Part shown: piece by piece, positions 38,120-47,777 of the stretch
Layout of the letters: the number at the start of each line of letters is the position of its first letter
Position numbering within the stretch: the stretch's first letter is position 1
Source: Candidatus Hydrogenedentota bacterium
Lineage (GTDB): Bacteria; Hydrogenedentota; Hydrogenedentia; Hydrogenedentales; JAEUWI01
DNA length: 64,000 nucleotides
Direction of reading: 5' to 3'
NCBI GenBank assembly: GCA_034669905.1
Contig: JAXMOL010000014.1
Span: forward strand, 32,001 to 96,000
Program-made: the position numbers and the translations under genes
Notes under the pieces: model-generated
The model's input: the letters and a program-made list of their open reading frames with translations, nothing else
Told to the model about the DNA's origin: nothing
Database searches by the model: none

Positions 38120-38315
38120 ACGTGTCCAACAGGGGGTTGACCATTCCTGGTCGACATAAGGCCCACGCCAAATCTCAAAAGGCACGTGATGTTGTCCAGA
38201 GGATGTCACGCCCTAAGCACTTCTTCAAAGCCCCCCCGTGAGCAGACAATCGCACCGTGCCGGTTGTGTCGATCAGGTTGTAGCCGCGCCGTGGCGGGAA
38301 TGGTCAGCCCCCTTT
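38120..38315. mobile_element. MITE-like palindromic element family E, copy 1 (right TIR interrupted by 21 nt)
   Basis: Left TIR AGGGGGTTGACCATTCCTGGTCGACA at 38131-38156. Right TIR TGTCGATCAGG-[38278-38298 insert]-AATGGTCAGCCCCCT. Interior is homologous to copy 2. Confidence 0.75.
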
Positions 38316-38412
38316 GTTTTTGGCGCCAGTTGTTATTTTGTCTCGCCACCCGCACTTCGTTACTATGCAGCGAATTCTTTTCACCGACTCCTACGATTAT
38401 CCGGGATGTACC

Positions 38413-39750
38413 ATGAGACTCCATTATCACCTGACCTTTCTGGCTGCCGTATTCGTCACCATCGTCGCCCACGCCGCGTCCCCCAACATCGTTATCATCA
38501 CGGGCGACAACATTGGCTACAGCGACCTCGGCTGTTACGGCAACGACGCCATCAAGACGCCCAACATCGACCGCCTCGCCTCGGAAGGGGTCCGTTGCAC
38601 CGACTTCTACACCGCCTCACCCACCTGCACCGTCTCCCGGGCCTGTCTGCTCACGGGCCGCGTGCCCCAGCGTCATGGCCTCACCGACCAGCTTGGCGGT
38701 ATTGAAGGCAATTATGGCGTCGGCCTGGACCATCGGGAAAAACTCATCCCCCAATACCTCAAGGAAGCAGGCTACACCACGGGTTGCTTTGGCAAATGGA
38801 ACGTCGGCTTCGCGGAAGGCAGTCGTCCCACCGAACGGGGATTCGACCAGTTCTTCGGCCACGCCTCGGGCAACATCGATTATTACACCCACGTCTACGC
38901 GGGGAAGCACGATCTCTTTCGCGGCACCGAGGAAGTCCACGTAGAAGGTTACAGCACCGACCTCTTCGCCGACGCCGCGAGTGCGTTCATCCGCGAGAAT
39001 GCCGCAAAGCCCTTCTTCCTCTACCTCCCCTTCAACGCACCCCATTTCCCTTCGGCGCGCAACAAGGCCCCCGGCATGCCCAACACGTGGCAGGCACCCG
39101 ACTGGGCCTTTGAGGCCTATGGCTGGTCACCCGATGAGGCGGACCCCAAGCGGCGCTACTATGCGGTGATGACCGCCCTCGACGCCGCCGTCGGCCGCGT
39201 GCTGAAGACCATCGATGATCAGGGTATTCGCGACAACACCATCGTCGTCTTTTACTCCGATAACGGGGCCTTCATGCTGAAAGACCGGGGCCTGGAAGTC
39301 TCCAACAACAAGCCCCTCCGCGATGGCGGCGTGACCCTCTGGGAAGGGGGCATCCGCGTGGCCGCCACCGTCCGTTGGCCCGGAAAAATCCCCGCTGGCT
39401 CCGTCTCCGACGCCATGCTGTGGAGTCCCGATTTGCTGTCCCTGTGCCTGGAAGTGGCCAGCCTCCCCACGCCCGACGACCGCATCCTCGACGGGAAGAA
39501 CCCCTTGCCTGCACTGCGGGGTGAGGCGGGCACACCTCATGATTACCTGGCCTTTGAATACCGAAACTACAAGGCCATTCGCCGGGGGCATGAGAAACTT
39601 ATTTTCGACCGGAAGGACAAGGCGTGGCATCTCTTTGACCTTGCCGAAGACCTTGGTGAGACCCGGGATCTTGCCGAAGAAAAACCGGATTCTCTGGAAA
39701 CACTGAAGGCCCTCTTTGCCACCTGGCGTGAAGGCACGGCGACTTTCTGA
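38413..39750 (+). CDS. Secreted Cys-type sulfatase
   Basis: Signal peptide; GDNIGYSDLG; CTVSRACLLTGR; GKWNVG; FNAPHFP; SDNG. Confidence 0.9.
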   Translation: MRLHYHLTFLAAVFVTIVAHAASPNIVIITGDNIGYSDLGCYGNDAIKTPNIDRLASEGVRCTDFYTASPTCTVSRACLLTGRVPQRHGLTDQLGGIEGNYGVGLDHREKLIPQYLKEAGYTTGCFGKWNVGFAEGSRPTERGFDQFFGHASGNIDYYTHVYAGKHDLFRGTEEVHVEGYSTDLFADAASAFIRENAAKPFFLYLPFNAPHFPSARNKAPGMPNTWQAPDWAFEAYGWSPDEADPKRRYYAVMTALDAAVGRVLKTIDDQGIRDNTIVVFYSDNGAFMLKDRGLEVSNNKPLRDGGVTLWEGGIRVAATVRWPGKIPAGSVSDAMLWSPDLLSLCLEVASLPTPDDRILDGKNPLPALRGEAGTPHDYLAFEYRNYKAIRRGHEKLIFDRKDKAWHLFDLAEDLGETRDLAEEKPDSLETLKALFATWREGTATF

Positions 39751-39751
39751 G

Positions 39752-39926
39752 ACGTGACCAACAGGGGGTTGACCATTCCTGGTCGACATAAGGCCCACGC
39801 CGAATCCCAAAAGGCACGTAATGTCATCCAAATGTCGTCACGCCCTGAGCCCCTTCTTTGAAACTCACCGTAAGCTGACAATCGCACCGTGCTTGCTGTG
39901 TCGACCAGGAATGGTCAACCCCCTTT
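39752..39926. mobile_element. MITE-like palindromic element family E, copy 2
   Basis: Perfect 26-bp inverted repeats at 39763-39788 and 39899-39924; same orientation as copy 1. Confidence 0.8.
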
Positions 39927-39927
39927 A

Positions 39928-39960
39928 CCCTCGTTCCTACGGTCCGCCGTAGGAATGCCT
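39928..39960 (-). repeat. REP family F hairpin (AGGCATTCCYACG...CGTRGGAACGAGGG)
   Basis: Reverse complement matches 52306-52338, with a compensatory CCTACG/CGTAGG versus CCCACG/CGTGGG change. Confidence 0.7.
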
Positions 39961-40100
39961 ATCTTGCCGCTCCTGCGGCAACGCCGAAGGCGAATAACCT
40001 CGCCCCACGCCTCATCTTGACACCCCGCCGCCCCATTCCCCACAATAGCCCTCTAGCAATCTGGGACCTGACTCCATCGAAACGCGGGGCAAATTTCACC

Positions 40101-41636
40101 ATGTTAGCGCGGGTACAATCAGCGGCTGTCCTCGGCATCGACGCCTTCACCGTCGCCATCGAGGTGGACAACTCCGCCGGGGGCATGAACAAGATCACCA
40201 TGGTCGGCCTGCCCGACGCCGCCGTCAAGGAAAGCGAAGACCGGGTCCGCTCGGCCCTCCGCAATTCCGGCTTCCGCTACCCCCGGGGCTACAACGTCAT
40301 CAACCTCGCGCCCGCCGACATCCGCAAGGAAGGCAGCGCCCTCGACCTCCCCATCGCCCTCGGCCTACTCGCAGCCACGGCCCAACTGGAAGGCGCGGCG
40401 TTCAACAACTACGCCTTCGTCGGCGAACTCGCCCTCGACGGTTCCCTGCGCCCCGTGGCGGGCGCCCTGGCCATGGCCATCAACGCCCGCAATCAGGGCC
40501 TCCAGGGCATCGTACTCCCTGCCATGAACGCCGATGAAGCGGGCGTGGTCCAGGGCTGCGATGTCATCCCGGTGCAGTCGCTGGAACAGGCCGCCGCCTT
40601 CGTGGCGGGCGACGAAGTCATCCCGCCCCACCGCACCGAAGTCGACGAGCTCTTCCAAACGGCCCACCTGCGTGTGCCCGATTTTGACGAGGTAAAAGGA
40701 CAGGGCCACGTGAAGCGCGCCCTCATGGTGGCCGCCGCGGGCGCCCATAATATACTTATGGTCGGCCCTCCTGGTACGGGCAAGACCATGTTGGCCTCCC
40801 GCCTGCCCGGCATCTTGCCGCCCATGTCCTTCGATGAATCGTTGGAAACCACCCGCATCTATTCCGTGTGCCCCGTGGAACAGCGCAAGGATTCCCTCAT
40901 TGTCACCCGGCCCTTTCGCAGTCCCCACCACACCTCCACCACCGTCTCCATCGCAGGCGGTGGACAGCAGGCCCATCCCGGAGAAGTAAGCCTCGCCCAC
41001 AATGGCATCCTCTTCCTGGATGAATTGCCCGAGTTTAACCGCGCAGCCCTGGAAGTACTCCGTCAACCCCTCGAAGATGGCCAGGTCCACATCCGCCGGG
41101 CCAACTATTCCGTGACCTACCCCAGCCGCTTCATGTTGGTGGTCGCCATGAACCCCTGCCCCTGCGGTTGCCGCACCGACCCCCGACGGGATTGTCGTTG
41201 CAGCACGGGCGATGTGCAGCGCTACATGGGCCGACTCTCGGGGCCCCTCCTGGACCGCATTGACATCCATGTGGATGTACCCGCCCTGAGCTTCGATGAG
41301 TTGACCGACACCCGCAGCAGTGGCCCCTCCACCCAGGAGGTGCGCGACCAGGTCCTCGCCGCGCGGGAGCGTCAGCATGCCCGGGCCAACGGCTCCGGCG
41401 CACGCTACAACGCCCACCTGGACACCAAGACCCTCCGTCGCTACTGCGTGCTCAACGACGCCAGCAAATCGCTGTTGGAAACGGCCCTCAACACCCTCGG
41501 ACTCAGCGCCCGGGCCTACGACAAAATCCTCCGCATCGCCCGCACCCTCGCCGACCTGGAAGACCAACCCGACATCAGCGAACAACACGTGGCCGAGGCC
41601 GTTCAATACCGGAGCCTCGACAAAACGGTGATGTAG
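40101..41636 (+). CDS. comM: YifB/ComM family Mg-chelatase-like AAA+ ATPase
   Basis: VGLPDAAVKES, NLAPADIRKEGSALDLPIA, GPPGTGKT, RPFRSPHH, GEVSLAHNGILFLDELPEF, NPCPCG, SGPLLDRID. Confidence 0.93.
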   Translation: MLARVQSAAVLGIDAFTVAIEVDNSAGGMNKITMVGLPDAAVKESEDRVRSALRNSGFRYPRGYNVINLAPADIRKEGSALDLPIALGLLAATAQLEGAAFNNYAFVGELALDGSLRPVAGALAMAINARNQGLQGIVLPAMNADEAGVVQGCDVIPVQSLEQAAAFVAGDEVIPPHRTEVDELFQTAHLRVPDFDEVKGQGHVKRALMVAAAGAHNILMVGPPGTGKTMLASRLPGILPPMSFDESLETTRIYSVCPVEQRKDSLIVTRPFRSPHHTSTTVSIAGGGQQAHPGEVSLAHNGILFLDELPEFNRAALEVLRQPLEDGQVHIRRANYSVTYPSRFMLVVAMNPCPCGCRTDPRRDCRCSTGDVQRYMGRLSGPLLDRIDIHVDVPALSFDELTDTRSSGPSTQEVRDQVLAARERQHARANGSGARYNAHLDTKTLRRYCVLNDASKSLLETALNTLGLSARAYDKILRIARTLADLEDQPDISEQHVAEAVQYRSLDKTVM

Positions 41637-41646
41637 CCATAAGCGG

Positions 41647-41898
41647 GCGCCGCAGGCGGGTCCACGACGCGCCGCAGGCGGGGACTGCACCGACGCGACA
41701 AATGAAGCCCATGGGTGCCACCCTCAAGCGGGGCGGCTCCGCCGCAGCGCTTGTGGGTGATAGGACTGCACGGGAACAGCATCCCCCGATAGCAACAAGA
41801 GAAAAGCCGCATACACCTGGTTCCCACGGGTGACGTTACTGAATACAACCCACCCACAAGCTTCCCCCGCTGCGCTCCTCTGCTTGAGGGTGGCACCC
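41647..41898. repeat. Composite intergenic repeat cluster: GCGCCGCAGGCGGG x2, family C arm and inverted family B doublet
   Basis: C arm at 41680-41695; B arms at 41713-41759 (+) and 41851-41898 (-). The 16-mer GCGGGTCCACGACGCG at 41656 also occurs at 21486. Confidence 0.7.
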
Positions 41899-41913
41899 GA
41901 AGCCCCCCGCTTC

Positions 41914-42675
41914 CTACATCACCGCGCCACCGTCTACGGTCAGAATCGCGCCCGTCGTAAAACTCGCGGCATCCGACATCAAATAAACCGCCGCCCCCAC
42001 CATTTCCTCCGGCTGAGCATGGCGGGCCAAAGGCGTCTTCCCGACCTGCTCATCGCGTATCTCGGGCGTGTCAATCAGCACCTTGGCGAACTTGGTCTCC
42101 GTCAACCCCGGGCAGATGCAGTTGCACCGGATATTCGCCCCCCCCATTTCCTTGGCCACCGTCTTGGTCAGCATGATGACCGCCGCTTTCGTCATAGAAT
42201 AAATAGCCATCATGGGCGACGGGCTGATGCCTTCGATAGACGCTATATTCAGAATCGACCCACCGTTCTCATTCTTCACCATCATCCGCGCCGCCCGCTG
42301 GGACATCATGAAATAGCCCTTCACATTCACGTCGAAGGTCTTGTCAAAAGCCGACTCCGGTGCCTCCACAAAGGGCCCGAAATAGGGATTGGTCGCCGCG
42401 TTGTTGACCAGCCCGTCGAGCCGGCCATACTCCGCCTCAATGCGGGCGAAGAGGGCATCAATCTGTTCCCCATCGCCCGTGTGACACACCATGCCCACGG
42501 CCTTGCCCCCCTCCGCCACGATAGCCTTGGCGACGGCATCCACCCCCTCCTGCTTGCGCGAAGCCACGATCACGGTCGCGCCCCGGCGGGCAAACTCCCG
42601 CGCAAAGGCTTCGCCGATGCCACGACTCCCCCCATTCACCAATATCACTTTGTCGGTCAACTGAAAAGAAGTCAT
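41914..42675 (-). CDS. Short-chain dehydrogenase/reductase (DHRS4-like)
   Basis: NGGSRGIG, NNAATNPYFGP, YSMTK (YxxxK), ICPGLTETKFA. Confidence 0.92.
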   Translation of the reverse strand: MTSFQLTDKVILVNGGSRGIGEAFAREFARRGATVIVASRKQEGVDAVAKAIVAEGGKAVGMVCHTGDGEQIDALFARIEAEYGRLDGLVNNAATNPYFGPFVEAPESAFDKTFDVNVKGYFMMSQRAARMMVKNENGGSILNIASIEGISPSPMMAIYSMTKAAVIMLTKTVAKEMGGANIRCNCICPGLTETKFAKVLIDTPEIRDEQVGKTPLARHAQPEEMVGAAVYLMSDAASFTTGAILTVDGGAVM

Positions 42676-42724
42676 GGGCGCTCTCCTGGGTCCTGGCCAG
42701 TCCCTGGCCATGTGAAAGTCGTTC

Positions 42725-44074
42725 TTAGACGATGCCGTATTGGCGACGTAAGGTCAGACATTGGTCGGGCAAATCCCCCGCAAACTGCTTGTTAGACACG
42801 CCAAGCAGCCCAATGGTTGTGTGAATAAACTCCGCCGCCTCGGTATCCCCCTTCTCCAGGCGCTCCTTCAACTTCTGCAGGCACACCCGGTGAAAGGCCG
42901 CCGGGTCCGCCCAACGCTGGATATCCGGCGCTACCCCAAAGCCATTCTCCACCATAAAGTCGATAAAGCGGTTCAAGGTCGGCTCATAGTCCGGCTTAAA
43001 CTCGAGGGACTGTCCGTAGCTGCGAATCGCACCCACCACATCCTGCTCCGCCTCTGCCAGCAGGCCGAGGTGATAGGCGCTCGCGTAGCTCCCCGTACCC
43101 GCCACATCTTCCCGGATGGCACCACACTTCATCGACTCCGTGTACCCGGCGCGGGCCCGTTCCACGTCCCCCAACATCAGGGCAATATAGCCACAGACGT
43201 GATAGAAGTCTGCCCACTGCGTGCCCGGATGCCCCAGTTCAATATGGGTGCCCAACAGGGCTTCCGCATCGGCCAGGCGATTGGTGTTGGCATAGGCGTA
43301 GGCCAGGCTCACGATGGCCGTGGTCAAGACCTCCCGCGAAACCGTACCCGCAGCTCCCGTGGGTGCGGCACCCGGTGCGAAGTGAATGAGGGACAGAGCC
43401 CGTTCCAGCGCGGGCACCGCCTTCTCATAGTCCATCAAGGTGTAGTGGGCCCGCCCCAATTGATACTGATAGTACTCATTCTCCGGGTGTTCCGCCACGG
43501 CTTTTTCCAACAGGGGTATATTCCGCCGCGCCTTGTGATGGGGATCGGCCACCGACTGATCATAGCCGGAGTGGTCCACCACAACCCCCGTTGCCGCCAC
43601 GTGCTCGCGCACCCCGGTGGAAACGAGCTGTTCGTGAATGGCCCCACGAAATTCAAAGCCGGACCGGGGGAAGAAACGTTTGACGTGGCCACGCACCACA
43701 CTGCGCTCTGCACCATGGGTCGTGGGGCTGACGTGCTCAATGGTCCCCACGGTGCCCTGGGGTTGAAACTGGATAAAATCGAGCAAGAGCCGCCGTGCGC
43801 CTGCTGGATCACGGACGACTTCATCGGCATCCACCGATAAGACCCAATCGCCTGTCGCCTGTGCCAGGGCCTCGTTTCGCGCCCGGGCAAAGTCGCCGTG
43901 CCACGCAATGGCATGGACGTGCTCGGTCCACTCCCGGGCCCGGGCCACCGTGTCATCCTCGGACCCCGTGTCGGCCACGACGATTTCATCGGCAACGGCG
44001 CGAAGGGCCTCCAGGCACGCGGCAATTCGCGTTGCTTCATCTTTGACGATCAATACTGCACTGATGGTGGGCAT
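42725..44074 (-). CDS. GT2 glycosyltransferase with C-terminal TPR repeats
   Basis: LIVKDEA, DTGSED, WHGDFARARN, SVDADE, FRGAIHEQL, HSGY, then TPR-like helices. Confidence 0.88.
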   Translation of the reverse strand: MPTISAVLIVKDEATRIAACLEALRAVADEIVVADTGSEDDTVARAREWTEHVHAIAWHGDFARARNEALAQATGDWVLSVDADEVVRDPAGARRLLLDFIQFQPQGTVGTIEHVSPTTHGAERSVVRGHVKRFFPRSGFEFRGAIHEQLVSTGVREHVAATGVVVDHSGYDQSVADPHHKARRNIPLLEKAVAEHPENEYYQYQLGRAHYTLMDYEKAVPALERALSLIHFAPGAAPTGAAGTVSREVLTTAIVSLAYAYANTNRLADAEALLGTHIELGHPGTQWADFYHVCGYIALMLGDVERARAGYTESMKCGAIREDVAGTGSYASAYHLGLLAEAEQDVVGAIRSYGQSLEFKPDYEPTLNRFIDFMVENGFGVAPDIQRWADPAAFHRVCLQKLKERLEKGDTEAAEFIHTTIGLLGVSNKQFAGDLPDQCLTLRRQYGIV

Positions 44075-44184
44075 GATATTCGGAATTCCCTGGCGACAGA
44101 CGCCCTGCGTTGGTCGAATCGCATAGTAGAGAGTGCTTACGGCCCAGATCAAACGGACCCGACCACCCCGTAGCGCGTCCACGT

Positions 44185-44211
44185 AAAAGCCCCCGGCCTG
44201 GGGCCGGGGGC
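44185..44211 (-). terminator. Intrinsic terminator after the nitrilase-family gene
   Basis: 10-bp GC stem GCCCCCGGCC/GGCCGGGGGC followed by T4 on the minus strand. Confidence 0.65.
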
Positions 44212-44240
44212 CACTTCATTCCCCTGTTAGGTTCAGGGGA

Positions 44241-44969
44241 TTACAACATATCGGTATCCAGATCGAAGGTATAGGTGCCTTCGCCCTGGAGGTCACAGCG
44301 GGCAAGCCATTCGCCTTCGGGCGACACCACCCCGCTGGGGGCATTAATCGGTCCATTGTTACTCGCGGCATTCGCCGTGATGATAAAGCAGCCACTCTCC
44401 TTGGCGCGCACCTTCAGGTTCGCTTCGTGGTAATCCGCATAAAAGGGATCACAGCCCGAGTTGATACTGTGAAAGATAAGTTGCGCCCCTTTCTGACCCA
44501 ACTGATAACTCAGCCGCCGATCCGGATAGGGACCCGCGCCGGGGGTTACCCAGAGGTCATTGCAAATGAGGCATCCAAAGTCCACATCACCGTGCTTGAA
44601 GGTCCGAAGCTCATCGCCCGGACGACACCATTCCCGATCCCGTTCCGTGGGAATCAGTTTTTCCTGGGTTCCCAGCAAAGAACCTTCGTCCGAAAAAACA
44701 CGGGATTGAATGTAGGTGTGGCCATCAATGCGGGCACCGGTTCCGACGATGGCGGTGACATACGATTGACGGCATGCCGTGGCGATCTGATTCCAGGCTT
44801 CTTCGGTGCGGGAATCACTGAATTCATTGTTGTAGCCGGTCAGGCTCATTTCAGGGAAGAGGATAAAATCACAATCGCTGTGTTTGATGTGATCGAGAAT
44901 CTTCGGCAGATTGTCCTTCTTACTTGCTTCGACGCCCATTTGTACGCCAGTGACTCGAATAGTTGCCAT
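44241..44969 (-). CDS. Carbon-nitrogen hydrolase (nitrilase superfamily)
   Basis: Catalytic triad contexts FPEMSLTGY (E), QEKL (K), LICNDL (C). Confidence 0.88.
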   Translation of the reverse strand: MATIRVTGVQMGVEASKKDNLPKILDHIKHSDCDFILFPEMSLTGYNNEFSDSRTEEAWNQIATACRQSYVTAIVGTGARIDGHTYIQSRVFSDEGSLLGTQEKLIPTERDREWCRPGDELRTFKHGDVDFGCLICNDLWVTPGAGPYPDRRLSYQLGQKGAQLIFHSINSGCDPFYADYHEANLKVRAKESGCFIITANAASNNGPINAPSGVVSPEGEWLARCDLQGEGTYTFDLDTDML

Positions 44970-45112
44970 AAGCCCATCCTCCTGTTACTGCATACGAAAG
45001 CCGACGACGGGCCACCGGGCCGGGCACCGACTCCCTGCAGATGGTTACAAACATGATCGTAACATACATTCACGACGGCGGTCATCCGATAGCCACCGTG
45101 AAAGACTCTTAT

Positions 45113-46366
45113 TCATCCTCCAAATTTCTGCCAGACCGACACCACGCCGACGGCCGCAAAAAAGACCAGAATAACAACCAACGCGCCATTACTGCGCCAT
45201 CGGTTTCGATAGGCCCCAGGCAGGGCCGCATGGTTGTTCAGATAGAGCAAGGCCAGCGCCAGCAAGGGCATGAACACGGCCCCGATAAGACTGTAATACT
45301 TTGCCAGCGCCTTGAAATCCATGCCCAACACCGCCATGGGAACCACGGTAAGTGCTATCAGGTAGCCCTTATAGGCCCACGTCTCGGTCAAGCCCGTGAC
45401 GTGTTCCCCATTGGCACATGCCGACCGGCTCCGGTAGTAGAAGTCTGCGAACAAATAGGGAACACTCTGCCACACCCCGAGGAGACTACTGAAGAACGCT
45501 CCCCACGCTCCCGCAAGAAAAATCCAGGCGCCCACCGGACCCAGGGCACCCCGCAGGGTTTCGGTCAGCTGGACAATCAGTCCCGCACCACTTCCGTCGC
45601 GGGTCAGGGCCTGGCTACCGATGGCCACCATGGCCATACCGAAAAGTGCCGTGAGCCCGTAGGCAATCCCCAGATCGATTCGCATGATGCGGGTGGCGTC
45701 CGCGCCCCGGGGACCCGATTCTTCCATCCAGTAGCCGTAGCATACAATTGTCAGGGTACCGCCCACGCCCCCCATGAGGGCCATGGTCCATAACAGGGAA
45801 TCCCGCCCCCACTGGGGCACCGTGGGAATAAGGAGCCCCCGCAACGCCGCCCCACCATCAATGCCCAGACGAAAGGCGGTGATAATCACTGTCACAAACA
45901 TGATGCCGATGCACACCGCCATCACTTGCTTAAAGAGCTGAAAGCCACCACGCCAGACCAGCATGAAGCCCACGAGACTATGCACGCAGCCCCACCAGAT
46001 TTTGCCCTGTATCGGATTCTCCACAATGGGAAAAATCGCCTGGGCGGCCACCCCACAGGCCGACATGAGCGCCGACCCGACATAGACGCTCCAATAGAGG
46101 AGGAAGAAGAGGAAGAACACCTGAAAGGGCCGCCCCAGGTATTGAATACAGCCCTGTATCAGGGTCTGATGGGTGCCCAATTGCCACCGGGCAAGCCCCT
46201 CGGTGAGCACATATTTCAGCCCCGCCCCCACGACGACGGCCCACAGCACCGCTACACCGAGTTGCCCCCCGGTAAAGCTGGCCGTGGCCAGATCCCCGGC
46301 CCCAACGCCCGTCGCGGCGACGAGTATTCCAGGACCCCAGATAGCAAGCCAATTGTGTCGCGTCAT
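45113..46366 (-). CDS. Nramp-like (APC superfamily) transporter
   Basis: GPGILVAATGVGAGD, EGLARWQL, MGGVGGT; many TM segments; lacks the canonical DPGN motif. Confidence 0.8.
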   Translation of the reverse strand: MTRHNWLAIWGPGILVAATGVGAGDLATASFTGGQLGVAVLWAVVVGAGLKYVLTEGLARWQLGTHQTLIQGCIQYLGRPFQVFFLFFLLYWSVYVGSALMSACGVAAQAIFPIVENPIQGKIWWGCVHSLVGFMLVWRGGFQLFKQVMAVCIGIMFVTVIITAFRLGIDGGAALRGLLIPTVPQWGRDSLLWTMALMGGVGGTLTIVCYGYWMEESGPRGADATRIMRIDLGIAYGLTALFGMAMVAIGSQALTRDGSGAGLIVQLTETLRGALGPVGAWIFLAGAWGAFFSSLLGVWQSVPYLFADFYYRSRSACANGEHVTGLTETWAYKGYLIALTVVPMAVLGMDFKALAKYYSLIGAVFMPLLALALLYLNNHAALPGAYRNRWRSNGALVVILVFFAAVGVVSVWQKFGG

Positions 46367-46501
46367 ACCCCCATCATGCCACGGGCCGAATAGAAAACCC
46401 AAGGTCGTTGTAACTAAGGGCAAGGGAGGCATTTTTATGGCCAGTTGGGTAGAATGGGATCGACACGGTTGAATCACTTAGCAAGACAAGGGAAGCACCC
46501 C

Positions 46502-46816
46502 ATGAATGTCATCGTCGATCTTTGCATCATCCCCATGAATGCCGAAACCTCCCTCTCCCCCTACATCGCGGCGTGCCAGCGCATCCTCCAGGAAGCCGGA
46601 CTCTCCATTCGCCTCCACGCCTACGGCACCAATATCGAAGGCGAGTGGGATGCGGTCATGGCCGCCATCAAGGCCTGCCATGTCAAGGTCCATGCCATGG
46701 GCGCCCCCCGTATCAGCACCACCATCAAGCTGGGCACCCGCGTGGACAAGGCCCAATCGATGGATGACAAAGTTAACCATGTAGAAGCACTATTGACGGA
46801 CGATACCGTCGTTTGA
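46502..46816 (+). CDS. MTH1187/YkoF family thiamine-binding protein
   Basis: VDLCIIP, SLSPYIA, HAYGTNIEGEWD, PRISTTIKLGTRVDK. Confidence 0.9.
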   Translation: MNVIVDLCIIPMNAETSLSPYIAACQRILQEAGLSIRLHAYGTNIEGEWDAVMAAIKACHVKVHAMGAPRISTTIKLGTRVDKAQSMDDKVNHVEALLTDDTVV

Positions 46817-46847
46817 CGGCATACGCCGCCCCAAAAGGAGATTGAAG

Positions 46848-47513
46848 ATGACCCAGGACATTGCCCCCCCACTCCCCAAATCCAGTTCCAACTCCAAAGG
46901 CTGTCTCATCGGCTGCGCCATCGTGGCCCTCATCGGCATCGCCGGTACCGCCATCATCGGGTACAGCGTCTACAAGATGGGTGTCGGTGCCCTCGACGCC
47001 GTGACGGAAGCCGAACCCCGGCCCATCCCCGAAGTCGTCATGACCGAGGAGGAATCCACAGCAGCCACGGAAAAATTTGAGACCTTCACCGCGGCCCTGG
47101 AATCCGGTACGAGCGAGGAAAAAGTCTTCTCCTTCACCGGACAGGAAATCAACACCATGCTCCGTTCCGACCCCGACATTCGCGCACTCGGGGAGTCCGT
47201 CTTTGTCACCGTCGAAGAGGGTGAAATAAAGGGTGAGATCAGCCTGAACCTCGGCAACATTATTCCCTTCCTGGAGGGACGCTACGCCAATGGGGCCGCC
47301 ACCTTCTCCATATCGGCCAGTGATGGACGCATGTACGTCTACGTGGAAGAGTTCCGAATGAAGGGGGAAAACGCCTCTTCGGAATTGCAGGGTCAATTGC
47401 GCCAACAGAATCTCGCCGAAGAGATCAACACCGACCCCGAGTTTCAAAAGGCAATGGCCCATATCTCCACCATTGAGGTGGTGGAAGACAAAGTGGTCGT
47501 CACCCTCAAGTAA
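46848..47513 (+). CDS. Hypothetical membrane-anchored protein
   Basis: AAGGAG RBS; KGCLIGC followed by one TM and an acidic extracytoplasmic domain. Confidence 0.75.
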   Translation: MTQDIAPPLPKSSSNSKGCLIGCAIVALIGIAGTAIIGYSVYKMGVGALDAVTEAEPRPIPEVVMTEEESTAATEKFETFTAALESGTSEEKVFSFTGQEINTMLRSDPDIRALGESVFVTVEEGEIKGEISLNLGNIIPFLEGRYANGAATFSISASDGRMYVYVEEFRMKGENASSELQGQLRQQNLAEEINTDPEFQKAMAHISTIEVVEDKVVVTLK

Positions 47514-47531
47514 GAAACCCCCAATGCAAAG

Positions 47532-47564
47532 ACGCCCCGCCCGTATCTGGTACGGGCGGGGCGT
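47532..47564. terminator. Strong hairpin between convergent genes (probable terminator)
   Basis: 14-bp stem ACGCCCCGCCCGTA/TACGGGCGGGGCGT. Confidence 0.6.
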
Positions 47565-47777
47565 TATCTATTCTGAGGGATTTCGGTCGCCCGTAACGGC
47601 CCACGAAAAGGGAACGGCAAGGGTGCCACCTTCACAGACGGGAGCGAAGCGAGCGGCTTTGTGGGTGCATTGACACCGCACACCCAAGCACCTATCAAAA
47701 ACTCAACCATGACTTTCGTGGCACGCAACCAGGGATTCAATAGGATTTTACGTCGTACGAGAAAGTAGATACGCGCC

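Noticed and set aside
38120..39926. Family E elements as canonical integron attC sites
   Set aside because: Only the left RYYYAAC box fits (copy 1; one mismatch in copy 2). There is no GTTRRRY right box, the copy 2 arms are perfect without extrahelical bases, and no intI is present. Kept only as a cassette-like analogy.
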